Shown here piece by piece: positions 1 to 7,408 of a DNA stretch of 38,293 nt (positions are counted from its first letter, which is position 1; every line of letters begins with the position of its first letter). Source of the DNA: a virus. Taxonomy: Duplodnaviria; Caudoviricetes. The position numbers and the translations under genes were made by a program. A model generated the notes under the pieces. The model was given only the letters and a program-made list of their open reading frames with translations. It was not told the origin of the DNA and searched no databases. Where the stretch lies: IMG/VR virus record IMGVR_UViG_3300044676_001711, positions 1-38,293 of that record. One strand, 5' to 3'.

Positions 1-110
1 CCCCTCCCCCCTACAGTAACTGTAACTACTGTCTCACACAAGTAACCGCAGTACCGCTGCACAAAACCGCCGCACAAATAAACCCTTTGTACGGCATCAA
101 CCGTTACAGT

Positions 111-137
111 GCGGCGACGCCTGAGCAGCGTCGCCGC
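111..137. repeat. GC-rich inverted repeat flanked by ACAGTGCG direct repeats
   Basis: gcggcgacgc-N7-gcgtcgccgc (10-bp perfect stem); ttacagtgcg overlaps the left arm and taacagtgcg follows the right arm. Confidence 0.8.
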
Positions 138-257
138 TAACAGTGCGCCCCACCGTCCAGTACGGTTTTCCCCCCGCCAAACACTGTGACAAGCGGCACA
201 CCAACTTTAAAAAATCACACGCATCGGCCCTCAATAGATATAATAAAGAGACGGACG

Positions 258-287
258 ACGGGGTACCCCCCCGTGGGGGTGGGGTGG
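258..287. other. Candidate genome-end / packaging-initiation region
   Basis: ggggtacccc palindrome plus G/C runs in the non-coding gap between the divergent TerS (across the window junction) and first early gene; composition switches from C/A-rich to G/T-richer here. Inference only. Confidence 0.35.
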
Positions 288-300
288 CTTGACCACGCTC

Positions 301-314
301 CGAACAGGCGTTCG
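301..314. promoter_or_regulatory. LexA (SOS/Cheo) box 1
   Basis: cgaac-aggc-gttcg, exact match to the Gram-positive/actinobacterial LexA consensus CGAAC-N4-GTTCG. Confidence 0.8.
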
Positions 315-322
315 GGTCTGTT

Positions 323-343
323 TGGGAATGGTTCTCATTCTCA
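323..343. promoter_or_regulatory. Fur-family (Fur/Zur-like) operator
   Basis: tgggaatggttctcattctca; 324-342 matches 13/19 positions of the Fur consensus GATAATGATAATCATTATC; imperfect dyad TGGGAATG/CATTCTCA. Confidence 0.55.
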
Positions 344-351
344 TAACAGTG

Positions 352-365
352 CGAACAACCGTTCG
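352..365. promoter_or_regulatory. LexA box 2
   Basis: cgaac-aacc-gttcg. Confidence 0.8.
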
Positions 366-367
366 TG

Positions 368-381
368 CGAACAACTGTTCG
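368..381. promoter_or_regulatory. LexA box 3
   Basis: cgaac-aact-gttcg, tandem with box 2 (2-nt gap). Confidence 0.8.
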
Positions 382-383
382 TA

Positions 384-407
384 AAGGTGGTAAACGTTTA
401 CCACCTT
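384..407. promoter_or_regulatory. 24-bp perfect palindrome, LacI-family-like operator (copy 1)
   Basis: aaggtggtaaacgtttaccacctt; identical copy at 1549-1572; AAACGTTT core with central CG as in LacI/PurR/CcpA operators. Confidence 0.7.
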
Positions 408-540
408 GACGGCGGCCCGAGTCAGGCGCGTAACCGATACGGCGGCCTCAATGTCCTCCAGTACTTGCGTTAGCCGTGGAAAGGTGGTAGACATTCACTC
501 GTGGCCGAAAGACGGCCACAAGCTCAGAAAGGGAGAACCC

Positions 541-1248
541 ATGAGCATCGCAACATTCACACCCGATCAGGTAGAGGCCGCTAAGGCGATCGCCAAGCAT
601 GACGTCAGCGTGCATCACGCCGCCGCCGTTGTTGGTGAAGCCTTGGCACTGGTCCAGGCTGACGACCAGGTGGCCTTGACGGCGTTCTGGAAGGCGCTCA
701 GCGCCGAGATGAGCTACGGCCCCCATGCCGAGTTCTGGGCGACTCACAACACTGGAGGCCGTAAGGCCGTCAGCACTTGGGCGGCGTTCTATCGGGCTGC
801 CGAGTCCGTGGCCTTCGATCGGTCCTTGGCATTCACGGCGGGCAAGGTTCCCACGGTCGCCGCGATCCGTGCGTTCACAACGGGCGCCAATTCACTCAAC
901 GTCAAGAAGCTGACCGCTGACTTGACGGGCAAGGATCCCGTGGCCTTCACGGTGCAGGCCGTGAAGGACGCCATGGGCGCCATCAAGCGTGGCCCTTCCC
1001 CCAAGGGCAAGGGCAAGGGCAAGGGCAAGGGCACGGACGCCGAGAAAGAGGCCAAGGCGATCAAGGACGGCGCCAAGGCCGAAGCCAAGGCCATGGTCAA
1101 GACCGCTCAGGATGACGCCAAGGCAGTGACGCTAGGCCGCATGGTCAGCTTCATTGCGGACCAGGCCGACGCCGAAATGATCAAGGCTATTCGGAAGGCG
1201 TGCACCGACGCCGAGCGGCGCATGGCAGCGGCCGACGCTATCGGCTGA
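541..1248 (+). CDS. First early gene, Ala/Lys-rich hypothetical protein with KGKGKGKGKG tract
   Basis: ATG at 541 after RBS aagggag (track ORF 406..1248 trimmed); (aagggc)5 at 1003-1032; followed by terminator hairpins. Confidence 0.8.
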   Translation: MSIATFTPDQVEAAKAIAKHDVSVHHAAAVVGEALALVQADDQVALTAFWKALSAEMSYGPHAEFWATHNTGGRKAVSTWAAFYRAAESVAFDRSLAFTAGKVPTVAAIRAFTTGANSLNVKKLTADLTGKDPVAFTVQAVKDAMGAIKRGPSPKGKGKGKGKGTDAEKEAKAIKDGAKAEAKAMVKTAQDDAKAVTLGRMVSFIADQADAEMIKAIRKACTDAERRMAAADAIG

Positions 1249-1253
1249 CATCA

Positions 1254-1340
1254 CGGCCCGCCCGCCTGACGGCGGGCGGGCCGCTACAACCCAACGACCG
1301 AATGGCCCGCCGGCTTCGCCGGCGGGCCTTCGTCGTTTTC
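1254..1340 (+). terminator. Tandem hairpins / intrinsic terminator after gene 1
   Basis: 13-bp perfect stem 1254-1266/1271-1283; 11-bp stem 1304-1314/1318-1328 followed by ttcgtcgtttt. Confidence 0.75.
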
Positions 1341-1377
1341 CGAATCTTCGATTCGGATCGTGGTTGATAGTGGTCGT

Positions 1378-1415
1378 GGGCGTGCGTGTCGGGTGCGTGT
1401 CGGGTGCGTGTGTGG
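1378..1415 (+). repeat. Tandem (GG)GTGCGTGTC repeats in a G/T-biased tract
   Basis: cgtgcgtgtc gggtgcgtgtc gggtgcgtgtg; surrounding 1360-1470 is strongly A-depleted on the + strand. Confidence 0.7.
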
Positions 1416-1485
1416 CTGGTAGGTGTCGGATCGTGGCGGTGCGTGCGGCGTGTGTGTCGAGTGCGTCCGTAGAGTCCGAGGGTAC

Positions 1486-1514
1486 TTGACATAGGTTTCT
1501 GTTTGTGCTAAGTT
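1486..1514 (+). promoter_or_regulatory. Strong housekeeping-sigma early promoter
   Basis: TTGACA (1486-1491), 17-nt spacer, TAAGTT (1509-1514) with extended -10 TGn. Confidence 0.8.
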
Positions 1515-1545
1515 AGTTGTTGCTGGGGGAGGACCGTCCCCTAGC

Positions 1546-1575
1546 GCCAAGGTGGTAAACGTTTACCACCTTGGC
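1546..1575. promoter_or_regulatory. 30-bp perfect palindrome operator (copy 2)
   Basis: gccaaggtggtaaacgtttaccaccttggc, between the promoter and the RBS of the next gene. Confidence 0.75.
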
Positions 1576-1593
1576 TGATGGGAAGGAGAACCC

Positions 1594-1758
1594 ATGCACA
1601 AAGATGTGCGTTACTGCTGGGCATTCAGCAACAACCTGCGGCTTGTACGAGAGCCGCACACCGTTGCTCGACGGTATGGCATCGACGTGTGCCGCGTCGG
1701 TCGCAACGTGGCCGACCGCTACTCGTTCGGTCGCCTGTCGATCGTTCGGGTCCGCTGA
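1594..1758 (+). CDS. Small Arg-rich early protein (54 aa, not in ORF track)
   Basis: aaggagaaccc-ATG; MHKDVRYCWAFSNNLRLVREPHTVARRYGIDVCRVGRNVADRYSFGRLSIVRVR*. Confidence 0.65.
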   Translation: MHKDVRYCWAFSNNLRLVREPHTVARRYGIDVCRVGRNVADRYSFGRLSIVRVR

Positions 1759-1784
1759 CCAATCGCTAATCAAAGGAGATAATC

Positions 1785-1973
1785 ATGGCGATGCAATGGG
1801 CCGTCGCGCCCTTCCAGATCGGGGACAAGCTCCCCGACGATCATCTCGCCCCGAAGCTGGGCGAGAACCGTCAGGATCACTGGGCACGGTGCCGTGCCAC
1901 GATCCTGTTCAACGACGCCCCCGTGGAGGGTGGCACGGTTACCGACGGTAAAGGTCGGGAGGTGAGGTTCTGA
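1785..1973 (+). CDS. Hypothetical early protein
   Basis: RBS aaaggag; TGATG coupling to next ORF. Confidence 0.7.
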   Translation: MAMQWAVAPFQIGDKLPDDHLAPKLGENRQDHWARCRATILFNDAPVEGGTVTDGKGREVRF

Positions 1974-2161
1974 TGGAAGGTATCACTGTCAATGGTGTGC
2001 CGTTGGAGAAGTCTGGCTATGCCGACGATTACCTCGGGCGCAGCGTCGTTCGTGTGCCACGATCGGGTGGCGGCTGGCGTGGCTCGGACGGCGGCAAGAG
2101 CCGTGCTCGCCACAACCGTGACGACGACAAGGTCTGGTCTGACAGGGGGTGGGATCTATGA
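1973..2161 (+). CDS. Hypothetical early protein
   Basis: Coupled to both neighbours; ggagg upstream. Confidence 0.65.
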   Translation: MEGITVNGVPLEKSGYADDYLGRSVVRVPRSGGGWRGSDGGKSRARHNRDDDKVWSDRGWDL

Positions 2162-2397
2162 GTAGCATTATTTGGCTTATTCTTATTCTGGGAATGAGCG
2201 CGTGCATCGTTGGCCTGGATCATTCAGTTCAGGCATGGCGTGATGACCGACGGTTCCGTCGGCATCATTTGGAGTTCTATGACTGGGATGACTGCCCAGG
2301 TTGTGGAGCGGCGTGGCACGTCGACGGAACGACGATGGTGATGGACCACGACGAGGACTGCGCCTATCTGGCGTGGATGGACAAGGAGGAAGTATGA
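2158..2397 (+). CDS. Small membrane-anchored protein with CxxC
   Basis: N-terminal hydrophobic helix, CPGC; ATGA overlap. Confidence 0.65.
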   Translation: MSSIIWLILILGMSACIVGLDHSVQAWRDDRRFRRHHLEFYDWDDCPGCGAAWHVDGTTMVMDHDEDCAYLAWMDKEEV

Positions 2398-2558
2398 CCC
2401 CGTTTGACGAGACAGAGAATCAAGCTCATGCCGACAGGCTGTATTGGGAGCAAGAGCGGCGCCGCCATGACAGTGTGGCTGACTGGGCTGACTCGGATGT
2501 AGCTCCGTCGTGGTTCGACCCGATGGATGCGGGTGAGCGGTGGGATGACGACTACTAG
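2394..2558 (+). CDS. Acidic small protein
   Basis: aaggagg RBS, ATGA overlap; MTPFDETENQ...WDDDY. Confidence 0.65.
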   Translation: MTPFDETENQAHADRLYWEQERRRHDSVADWADSDVAPSWFDPMDAGERWDDDY

Positions 2559-2569
2559 AAAGGAGGCCA

Positions 2570-2806
2570 GTGATGGCTTTGGTAAACGCTGACGATACTC
2601 GTCGGCATGCTGCCAGGATGCGTCGTGCGAGAGGGTTGTACGGCGCAGCGGCTACGGCTGCTCTGCGAGGGCAGAAGCATCTAAAGAAGGAGAAGGAGAT
2701 TGCGTGTCCAGCGTGTGGAGTCGTCCCCCCCGACGACTACTGCGCCGACTGCGACATCATCGTGTCGCACGACACCTGCCCAGATTGCGAAAGTGAGGAA
2801 GCATGA
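2570..2806 (+). CDS. Small protein with three CxxC (zinc-ribbon-like)
   Basis: gaaaggagg RBS; CPAC, CADC, CPDC. Confidence 0.7.
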   Translation: MMALVNADDTRRHAARMRRARGLYGAAATAALRGQKHLKKEKEIACPACGVVPPDDYCADCDIIVSHDTCPDCESEEA

Positions 2807-3033
2807 GGCAAGAGATTCGGCCACAGAGAGTGACCGAAATGGAGTCGACGTTGAAAGGCGACATTGAGGTGTCGTCCATCCACTGCCGACACTTGTTCGG
2901 AACGCTCGACGCCGACGAGACGGTCGTGTTCTTCCGTAGGGATGGCTACAGCGAGAACATCGGCAGGTACGACGACCACGACCGTGTGGTCGATGAAATG
3001 AAACAGAAGTACAATGCGACGGTGAAGTCGTAA
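2803..3033 (+). CDS. Hypothetical protein
   Basis: ATGA overlap with upstream ORF. Confidence 0.6.
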   Translation: MRQEIRPQRVTEMESTLKGDIEVSSIHCRHLFGTLDADETVVFFRRDGYSENIGRYDDHDRVVDEMKQKYNATVKS

Positions 3034-3104
3034 ATAGATCTCCATATGGAGAGTTCATTGCAATAATGCGATGAGCCAAAATTGCCTGAATAGGAGGGCA
3101 TAAC

Positions 3105-4145
3105 ATGCTGGATATTATCCAGAATAGAGCAGCCACTCGCAAAGAGAGTGGGCAGTACAACCATGACATGGGTCTGCGTGGCGCCATGTCTACCCCGCAG
3201 TCGGTCTACGACTTGGCTGCAGACGAGAGCATGCTGTTCAACATGGGCGCAGTGCCTCTTGGTGTGATGACGGAGCAGCAGGGGTTTATGGTCTTGGAGT
3301 CACCGAAGGGTGACCCCGAGGTCCAAGCTCACTACCGCACCGATACCAACCAAGTGATCGCCGTACACCCAGGGACGTACAAGCTGCGTGCCAACGGGTA
3401 CGGCCCCTTGTATGAGCAGGGGCAAGCTCTGTTCGGTGACACCTGCACGATGGTGCGGGGGTTGGACAACGGGGCACGCGCCTACATGTTGTTCCAGCCG
3501 TCGGAGCCAGTGGACTTCGGTGGCGGTCAGATGATCCCGACGATAGGCATGTCGGCGTCGCTGGACTCGTCCATCGCTACGGCAGTGCATGCGTTTGCGT
3601 TTGATCCGTCTTGCACCAATGCGTTCACGAGCCAGTCGGCGGTGATGCGTACCAAGGCGACGATGAACCACGACGCTATCTTCACCCATCGGATGGAGAT
3701 TATCGCTGCGTCGGTCAATCGCACCAAGGCGATTGCCCAGATCGCTCGTATCGCCAGCGATCAGGAGTTCTCTGACTCTCAATTCAGCGAGATGGTATCG
3801 GGCCTGTCGATTGTGCAGGAACGTGAGCAGAAGGCTCAGCCCGTGTGGGATGAGGCTACGCAGCAGTACAAGGAGGCCCACGGTCGTAGCGTGGGTTTGT
3901 ATCAGTTCACTGTTGATGCCATGTACGAGGAGTGGGGCAAGGACAAGGCCCGTTTCGGTGAGACGCAGTGGGCTGCGTTCTCTGCGGTGCAGGGTGCCGA
4001 GCAGCATCACTTGAACGGTGGCAATAGCGGGTCGCGTGCCAAGCGCGCTGATCGCACGCTGCGCCATGCGTTCTTCGACCCGAAGCACTCTGTTGCTGAC
4101 GAGGCGTGGGAGTACCTGCGCTTCAATGAACTGGTGAGCGCCTAA
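3105..4145 (+). CDS. DUF932-family protein
   Basis: taggagg RBS; SLDSS...CTNAF and GETQWAAFSAV motifs resemble DUF932 (SHDGS...C.N, GT.W..FNAV). Confidence 0.65.
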   Translation: MLDIIQNRAATRKESGQYNHDMGLRGAMSTPQSVYDLAADESMLFNMGAVPLGVMTEQQGFMVLESPKGDPEVQAHYRTDTNQVIAVHPGTYKLRANGYGPLYEQGQALFGDTCTMVRGLDNGARAYMLFQPSEPVDFGGGQMIPTIGMSASLDSSIATAVHAFAFDPSCTNAFTSQSAVMRTKATMNHDAIFTHRMEIIAASVNRTKAIAQIARIASDQEFSDSQFSEMVSGLSIVQEREQKAQPVWDEATQQYKEAHGRSVGLYQFTVDAMYEEWGKDKARFGETQWAAFSAVQGAEQHHLNGGNSGSRAKRADRTLRHAFFDPKHSVADEAWEYLRFNELVSA

Positions 4146-4156
4146 CCGATCCCCCC

Positions 4157-4184
4157 CCACCTGGGCATGTGGTGAAACTGCCCA
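4157..4184 (+). ncRNA. Compact H-type pseudoknot candidate
   Basis: S1 ccac(4157-4160)/gtgg(4169-4172), S2 tgggca(4162-4167)/tgccca(4179-4184); intergenic, upstream of an RBS. Confidence 0.5.
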
Positions 4185-4215
4185 ACCAAACCAACAACGT
4201 CCTAAGGAGGACAAC

Positions 4216-4593
4216 ATGGAAATTGACGCCAATGTCAGTATTGAAATTGAGGACAGCGACATTGTTTACGCCGTTCGTTCCGAACTGGAATCAGTTATCG
4301 AATCCTACGACAGAAACAATCCGTTGCATGACCGTATCGACTGGGACTCGGCCCACAGGGCAGGTCTGATGACGTTTGAGCACACCGACGACGATGTCAG
4401 GAGCCTCATCCGAGAGATCATCGAACTGAACCCCGAGGTGCTACGCCCGATCATCGCTGCTCAGGTAGACGCAGCAGTGCTGTATCGCGTGCAAGAGACG
4501 GTGCGTAAGGAGATCACCAAGTGGGGGCAGAGCTTCGGCAACGTCCTCGCCAACATGACTCACGACAACAACAAGGAGAACCACAGTGAGTGA
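4216..4593 (+). CDS. Hypothetical protein
   Basis: taaggagg RBS, 125 aa. Confidence 0.75.
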   Translation: MEIDANVSIEIEDSDIVYAVRSELESVIESYDRNNPLHDRIDWDSAHRAGLMTFEHTDDDVRSLIREIIELNPEVLRPIIAAQVDAAVLYRVQETVRKEITKWGQSFGNVLANMTHDNNKENHSE

Positions 4594-4930
4594 CATCACC
4601 AAAGCACAAATCAAGAAGGCCATCGAAGACGACGTGATCTTCGGAGACGGCCACACCATCTACAAGCCGTCCGTGTACACGGACCACTTCGACCTGCCCG
4701 ACAGTCTCGTGCGGACGTTCAAGTCGGACACGTCCAGCCACAAGAGCACCATCTACGCCAACGACGGGAGCATCATCCCCGAGGTGGAAGGTGTCTACAA
4801 CCTGTCGTTCTTGGAGTGGCTGGTGGGTGAGCTGGGCCTGTACGACCTGACCCGTGACTACATGGGTCGTGGATCGCAAGCCTCGGAGTACGTCCGTGTG
4901 CTGCGTGGCTGGAGCAACGAAGATGACTGA
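4586..4930 (+). CDS. Hypothetical protein
   Basis: aaggagaac RBS, GTG start, 114 aa. Confidence 0.75.
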   Translation: MSDITKAQIKKAIEDDVIFGDGHTIYKPSVYTDHFDLPDSLVRTFKSDTSSHKSTIYANDGSIIPEVEGVYNLSFLEWLVGELGLYDLTRDYMGRGSQASEYVRVLRGWSNEDD

Positions 4931-5102
4931 CAAGCTGCCCGTGTGCCCCCGTTGCAAGGGGTACATCCCCAACAACGACACCCCTGGCGCATACCCAGGG
5001 GCCATCTCTCGTATCGACAACGAGACAGAGATCTGTTCCGAATGTGGACAGAACGAAGCAATCAACGACTTCTTGGAAGGACACCCCAATGGCAACAGTT
5101 GA
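4923..5102 (+). CDS. Small zinc-finger protein (CPRC...PGAISRIDN.TEICSEC)
   Basis: Two CxxC; resembles a common small phage protein family. Confidence 0.7.
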   Translation: MTDKLPVCPRCKGYIPNNDTPGAYPGAISRIDNETEICSECGQNEAINDFLEGHPNGNS

Positions 5103-5310
5103 GCTAGAAGCAACGTGCGGTAACCACAAGGACCGCACCGACACCATTCAGGTGCCACGCGATCACTGGTACGAGTATCTGAAGGGAGCGTACGTCCAAG
5201 ACGTATTCCCTTACCTCTCGCCCCAAGGGCGTGAGATCATCATCACCCAGCGCATGCCGTACGCCTACTTGTGCGAGGAGTGCTGGGGTCAACTAGGAGA
5301 GGAAGAATGA
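5089..5310 (+). CDS. Small phage protein (VQDVFPYLS...RE...CEECW)
   Basis: gaagga RBS; motif recalled from a widespread small phage family. Confidence 0.7.
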   Translation: MATVELEATCGNHKDRTDTIQVPRDHWYEYLKGAYVQDVFPYLSPQGREIIITQRMPYAYLCEECWGQLGEEE

Positions 5311-5498
5311 CCAAGAAGAAACCTTTGTTGTGGATCGAAAGCCACCGAGAGTACCAAGACCTGATCATGCGGCAACGCATCGAAATGCATGAGCTGCTGC
5401 GTCGTCAGACCAGTGAGGCAACAGAGCTTGCGTTGGAACTCAAGCGCTTGTACCACATCAATGCACGATTGCCTGAGGAAGTGACGTGGCGCAAATGA
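5307..5498 (+). CDS. Hypothetical helical protein
   Basis: aggagagg RBS, ATGA overlap. Confidence 0.65.
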   Translation: MTKKKPLLWIESHREYQDLIMRQRIEMHELLRRQTSEATELALELKRLYHINARLPEEVTWRK

Positions 5499-5671
5499 CC
5501 CCCGACTACAACATCGGAGACTACGAGGTACACGTCGATGACGAAGCTTTGAAAGCTGTCGTCATCTTCTTGCCTACAGGCAAACCGATCAAGAGATTCA
5601 AAGGCGAAACGGCTTGGTCTGACGCCCGCCGCCACGCCGAAGATCTGTACTGGATCAGGAAGGACTTGTAA
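5486..5671 (+). CDS. Hypothetical protein (FKGETAWSDARR motif)
   Basis: gagga RBS; coupled to next gene. Confidence 0.65.
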   Translation: MAQMTPDYNIGDYEVHVDDEALKAVVIFLPTGKPIKRFKGETAWSDARRHAEDLYWIRKDL

Positions 5672-5910
5672 TGGATAATTACATCGCCACGTTCTACGCC
5701 ATCCTGCTACTCGTCATCGCTATCGGCACTTTAGCTATCGCTAAGTGGTACGAGCGAGACAAGCAACGACGCGCCGACGCCGAAAAGTTCTGGCGTCAGA
5801 TGCAACCAAACCTCTACAACGGTGGATTGAAAGGCCACCTCTACAAAGAAGAAGATGAGCTATACCAGGCACCTATGTTGCCTGATAACTACCGAGATTG
5901 GAGCAAGTAA
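5671..5910 (+). CDS. Small membrane protein
   Basis: N-terminal hydrophobic segment IATFYAILLLVIAIGTLAIA. Confidence 0.7.
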   Translation: MDNYIATFYAILLLVIAIGTLAIAKWYERDKQRRADAEKFWRQMQPNLYNGGLKGHLYKEEDELYQAPMLPDNYRDWSK

Positions 5911-6156
5911 ATGAGAACCATCCAAATCGACGTTCGTGATGACGGCAACGACCGTTACTCATCATACGACGACACCAAGAAGCGAGTGGAAGCGTACCTG
6001 TACAGTAACTTTGAGGTAAGCAACATCGTCAACGCAATCGGCACCGATGGGCGTCCAAAGATCATCGTCCGAGGCGAAGACGTAGCAGGCTGGACCGCCG
6101 AGGCGCAGGCCATGCGTCTGCAGACAGGGCTGATCGCAGCCCAAGTCGTCAACTGA
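5911..6156 (+). CDS. Hypothetical protein
   Basis: ggag RBS; contiguous with neighbours. Confidence 0.7.
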   Translation: MRTIQIDVRDDGNDRYSSYDDTKKRVEAYLYSNFEVSNIVNAIGTDGRPKIIVRGEDVAGWTAEAQAMRLQTGLIAAQVVN

Positions 6157-6180
6157 TCCCAAACCAAGGAGAACAAGCAT

Positions 6181-6975
6181 ATGATCTACGGCAAACAAAC
6201 ACTGACAGACCTGTCAGAACAAGTAGGAGGCGGCATAAACCCCTACCTGTTCACCAAGCAGGTCGACAGCACCAAGCTGTCACACAACGCTGACGTGACA
6301 GACCAGTACGAGCAGATCGTCTGCTACATGCTGCCCCACACATCAGCCCGACGATACTGGCTAGAGATAGTCGGCACCCCAGCCCCGTGGAAGTGGCGTA
6401 ACATCTGCCCACACTCCACCCCAGGGTGCCGAGGTGCGTGCCTCGTAGACTCAGGCCGTCTCGGTATGGCCCCAGCCAAGCGGGCCATGCTCGCCCGCAC
6501 CGCCTTGTACAGCAAGAGCCAAGAGAAGTTCTGGAGCCTCGTAGACCACGAGATCAAGCTTCATAACCGACGGGTCCGAGCCAAAGGCAAGACGCTGGTT
6601 GTGCGGCTAGACGGCACCAGTCAGATCAACATTGAGGAGCAAGCCCCGTGGATTCTGGACAGGCACCCCGACGTGATCTTTCAGGACTACCTCAAGGGGC
6701 CGTACAAGACAGGGTGGACCCGAGCCAACCGCTACGTCGTGTCGTCAGGCACCGAACGTGACACCGAAGTCACGATCAGGAACCGAGGCAACGTCGTGTT
6801 CCCCGTCAACGTGCCCAAAGGCGAACCGCTGCCGAAAGTGTTCATGGGTCGCCTCGTGACAGACGGCGACAAGCACGACCTCAGGTTCCTAGACCACCAG
6901 TACGACCGTGCCGTTCTCGTCCGAGTCAAAGGTCGTCACATTGACACTCACGGCTTCATTCGTAAGGTATCCTAA
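6181..6975 (+). CDS. GP88-like protein (C-x6-C-x3-C)
   Basis: CPHSTPGCRGACLVDSGR, VRLDGTS, FQDYLK, DGDKHDLRFLD motifs. Confidence 0.65.
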   Translation: MIYGKQTLTDLSEQVGGGINPYLFTKQVDSTKLSHNADVTDQYEQIVCYMLPHTSARRYWLEIVGTPAPWKWRNICPHSTPGCRGACLVDSGRLGMAPAKRAMLARTALYSKSQEKFWSLVDHEIKLHNRRVRAKGKTLVVRLDGTSQINIEEQAPWILDRHPDVIFQDYLKGPYKTGWTRANRYVVSSGTERDTEVTIRNRGNVVFPVNVPKGEPLPKVFMGRLVTDGDKHDLRFLDHQYDRAVLVRVKGRHIDTHGFIRKVS

Positions 6976-7017
6976 GTCCTTCGCAAGTTGCGGGACAACT
7001 TAAATAAAGGAGTAAGA

Positions 7018-7272
7018 TTGCTAAACGAAGACGACTACCACGACCTGCAAGCGTTGCTCAGCCTAGCAAGCTCAACGTTGCAGGAAGCCAAACAAACACT
7101 ACTAAACGGACCAGATCACTGGGCCAAGGAGCAAATCGACAAGATGCTGACTCAACTAAACGACGAGATCTCTGTCGCCGCCACGCTGGTGGACGAGTCA
7201 TACGTCGTCGTGTCCTCTGATGCGATGACGTTCCCAGACAAGCTAAGGGAATGGTACGACTTAGATGGGTGA
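7018..7272 (+). CDS. Hypothetical helical protein
   Basis: TTG after aaggag RBS (track ORF 6988..7272 trimmed). Confidence 0.6.
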   Translation: MLNEDDYHDLQALLSLASSTLQEAKQTLLNGPDHWAKEQIDKMLTQLNDEISVAATLVDESYVVVSSDAMTFPDKLREWYDLDG

Positions 7273-7273
7273 T

Positions 7274-7408
7274 ATGAAAAACGCGTTTGTCGAAGAACAA
7301 CAAGCAATCGAAATGACCAAACATAAGCGAGGTAAAGACTCAGACATGCAGCCAAACGAAACCCCATCCCAATGGATCAAACGAATCAAGGAGATAAATT
7401 ATGAGTGA
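7274..7408 (+). CDS. Small hypothetical protein (44 aa, not in track)
   Basis: MKNAFVEEQQAIEMTKHKRGKDSDMQPNETPSQWIKRIKEINYE* fills the gap exactly. Confidence 0.5.
   Translation: MKNAFVEEQQAIEMTKHKRGKDSDMQPNETPSQWIKRIKEINYE

Noticed and set aside
352-407. Tandem repeats as a mini CRISPR array, given the Cas4-like gene
   Set aside because: The repeats are 14-bp operators with 2-nt gaps and no spacers; stand-alone Cas4-like exonucleases are common in phage replication modules
406-540. N-terminal extension of gene 1 from TTG 406
   Set aside because: No RBS and it overlaps operator and hairpin DNA; ATG 541 has a good RBS
1571-1951. Track ORFs 1571..1951 and 1578..1769
   Set aside because: The RBS points to ATG 1594 in a third frame, which together with 1785..1973 tiles the region
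3300-4262. 320-aa antisense ORF
   Set aside because: Shadow of the DUF932 gene in GC-rich sequence; no RBS or motifs
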